DNA of 64,000 bases. Origin: Halarcobacter sp. GTDB taxonomy: Bacteria > Campylobacterota > Campylobacteria > Campylobacterales > Arcobacteraceae. Made by a program: the position numbers and the translations under genes. How positions within the stretch are numbered: position 1 is the stretch's first letter; the number at the start of each line of letters is the position of its first letter. Below are positions 62,464 through 64,000 of this stretch, in pieces. The DNA is taken from the NCBI GenBank assembly GCA_963676565.1, contig OY781089.1, positions 3,008,001 to 3,072,000 of the forward strand. Reading direction: 5' to 3'. A model generated the notes under the pieces. That model did not search any database, was not told the DNA's origin, and worked only from the letters and a program-made list of their open reading frames with translations.

Positions 62464-62667
62464 TTGTTTTAATTTCCTATTATTGAATTATTAATAAATT
62501 ATTTTATGTATTTCATTCTACAATAGTTTTGATAAAAATAATTTTATATGTCTATATTTTTCAAGACTTTAAGTATGTAAAAAAGATATATTATATAGAT
62601 TTATTAATATTTTATTTACATTATTTTTGATATTATTTCAAACTTTACAATAAAAAAGGGGAAAAGT

Positions 62668-63006
62668 ATGCAGATAGAAATATCTCCAGAAGTTTTATTA
62701 TCTCAACTGGGTTACGCTAAAAATGATTCTTCATTGAAGCAAGCTGAAGATGTTATTAATGAAACTAAAAACTTCAATAAATTTTCAAAACATATAATTA
62801 GTTTAAATGACCATTTAAAAAAGATGAATGCATATGTTGCATTATCAAATTCATCTAATTATTTAAAAATTAAATGCGACGAAAATGATGCAGATGAAAT
62901 CTTAACTGAATTCCATAATGAAGTGTCTCATTGGGCTGGAAAATACAATGTTGATGTTGAGAAATTAGATAAAAAACATGTATATTATATTTTAGGATCT
63001 AACTAA
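62668..63006 (+). CDS. Hypothetical protein
   Basis: 112-aa ORF with SD-like AAGGGG and downstream terminator. Confidence 0.7.
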   Translation: MQIEISPEVLLSQLGYAKNDSSLKQAEDVINETKNFNKFSKHIISLNDHLKKMNAYVALSNSSNYLKIKCDENDADEILTEFHNEVSHWAGKYNVDVEKLDKKHVYYILGSN

Positions 63007-63013
63007 AAAAAGC

Positions 63014-63044
63014 AATAAAGATATCTTGAATAGATATCTTTATT
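63014..63044. terminator. Bidirectional terminator hairpin
   Basis: AATAAAGATATCT-tgaat-AGATATCTTTATT. Confidence 0.7.
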
Positions 63045-63046
63045 TA

Positions 63047-63904
63047 TTATTTGAAAATTTTTTTGTATGAGTGACAGTAAGGAGTTTTCCCTGTTCTTTC
63101 ATAATAGTTTTGATGATAATCTTCTGCTTCATAAAATACACTTGACTCATATAAAGATGTAGCAACTTTATAATTCATATCTTCAAGTTCATCTACTAAT
63201 TCCAAAGCAGTTCTTTTTTGACCTTCATTTTGATAAAAAATCGCAGATAAATATTGACTTCCTATATCTGGTCCTTGACCATCAGTTTGAGTAAAGTCAT
63301 GGATTTCAAAAAAATGTTTAGCTAATTCTCTAAAAGAAACTTCACATTCATCATATTCGACCCTAACAACCTCTAGGTGACCAGTTCTTCCTGTACATAC
63401 AGCTTCATATCGAGGATTTTCCATATGTCCACCCATATATCCAGAAACTACAGAATGTACACCTTTGAATTTTTCAAAAAAATGCTCAACACCCCAAAAG
63501 CAACCAGCAGCAAAATATGCAAAGGCATGTTGTTCACAACAATTTTCTATACTTTTAAATGATAAAGATAATGAATTTACGCAGTGTCTTGTATTTTTTG
63601 ATGTGAAACCTTCACCTTCAAAAACATGACCTAAATGTGCACCACAATTGGCACAAATAATTTCAACTCTTCTTCCATCTGCATCGGGAACTCTTTTTAC
63701 AGCTCCCACAATATCATCGTCAAAGCTTGGCCATCCACAACCTGATGAAAATTTATCTTCTGATCTGTAAAGTGCAGTATCGCACTTTCTACATTTGTAA
63801 ACTCCATCTTGATAAAAGTCATTGTACTTACCAGAAAAAGGTCTCTCTGTACCTTTATTTTCTATTACATACTCTTCTTCAGGAGTTAATTTATTATAGC
63901 CCAT
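63047..63904 (-). CDS. msrAB: Bifunctional methionine sulfoxide reductase (MsrB-MsrA fusion)
   Basis: GTERPF, GCGWPSF, HLGHVF, RHCVNS (MsrB) followed by GCFWG, GH.E, AEDYHQ.Y (MsrA). Confidence 0.95.
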   Translation of the reverse strand: MGYNKLTPEEEYVIENKGTERPFSGKYNDFYQDGVYKCRKCDTALYRSEDKFSSGCGWPSFDDDIVGAVKRVPDADGRRVEIICANCGAHLGHVFEGEGFTSKNTRHCVNSLSLSFKSIENCCEQHAFAYFAAGCFWGVEHFFEKFKGVHSVVSGYMGGHMENPRYEAVCTGRTGHLEVVRVEYDECEVSFRELAKHFFEIHDFTQTDGQGPDIGSQYLSAIFYQNEGQKRTALELVDELEDMNYKVATSLYESSVFYEAEDYHQNYYERTGKTPYCHSYKKIFK

Positions 63905-64000
63905 ACGTCTCTCTTTACAAAAATTAATTGCGGTAGTTTATCAAAACAACAACAAAGGGTGCATTAATTTTTAATATAATCAACAGACTTTAGTTTTTTT

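Noticed and set aside
63047..63904. MsrB-MsrA domain order
   Set aside because: Fusions in both orders are well known.

Overview
AT-rich chromosomal window whose gene content and order point to Campylobacterota, most likely an Arcobacter-like genome (inferred from gene order, not a database match). Bases 1-18.7 kb form an accessory surface/biofilm island. It holds the end of an exopolysaccharide locus (WbaP/WcaJ-type priming transferase fragment, VanZ, gmd-fcl-gmm-manC-manB interrupted by a toxin-antitoxin pair, wza-wzc, a PHP tyrosine phosphatase), a LapA-like adhesin with five near-identical 441-bp repeats, and a divergent pseudo-receiver OmpR-family regulator. The most interesting element is a RiPP-like cassette embedded on the minus strand. 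Its 73-aa peptide carries both a perfect Tat motif (SRRSFLK) and an overlapping lasso-type leader motif (YxxPxIxxxGxxxxxT) ahead of a Ser/Thr-rich core. It is followed by an HPr-kinase-like kinase and a PqqD/RRE protein and, beyond the fucose block, a nucleotidyltransferase that appears to start at ATA. No lasso cyclase or peptidase is present in the window. The rest is mostly core genome: mtnN-fabD-slyD-tol/pal-atp-parAB-birA-fmt-proB-obg-rpmA-rplU, dnaG, rnhA, rnc, aroC, htpX, mnmE-jag-yidC-yidD-rnpA-rpmH, hemD, clpB, rnhB and msrAB. It also contains several candidate small RNAs, operators (CIRCE, HAIR, DUF134-type) and a palindromic element. All calls come from reading motifs by eye; no searches were run.
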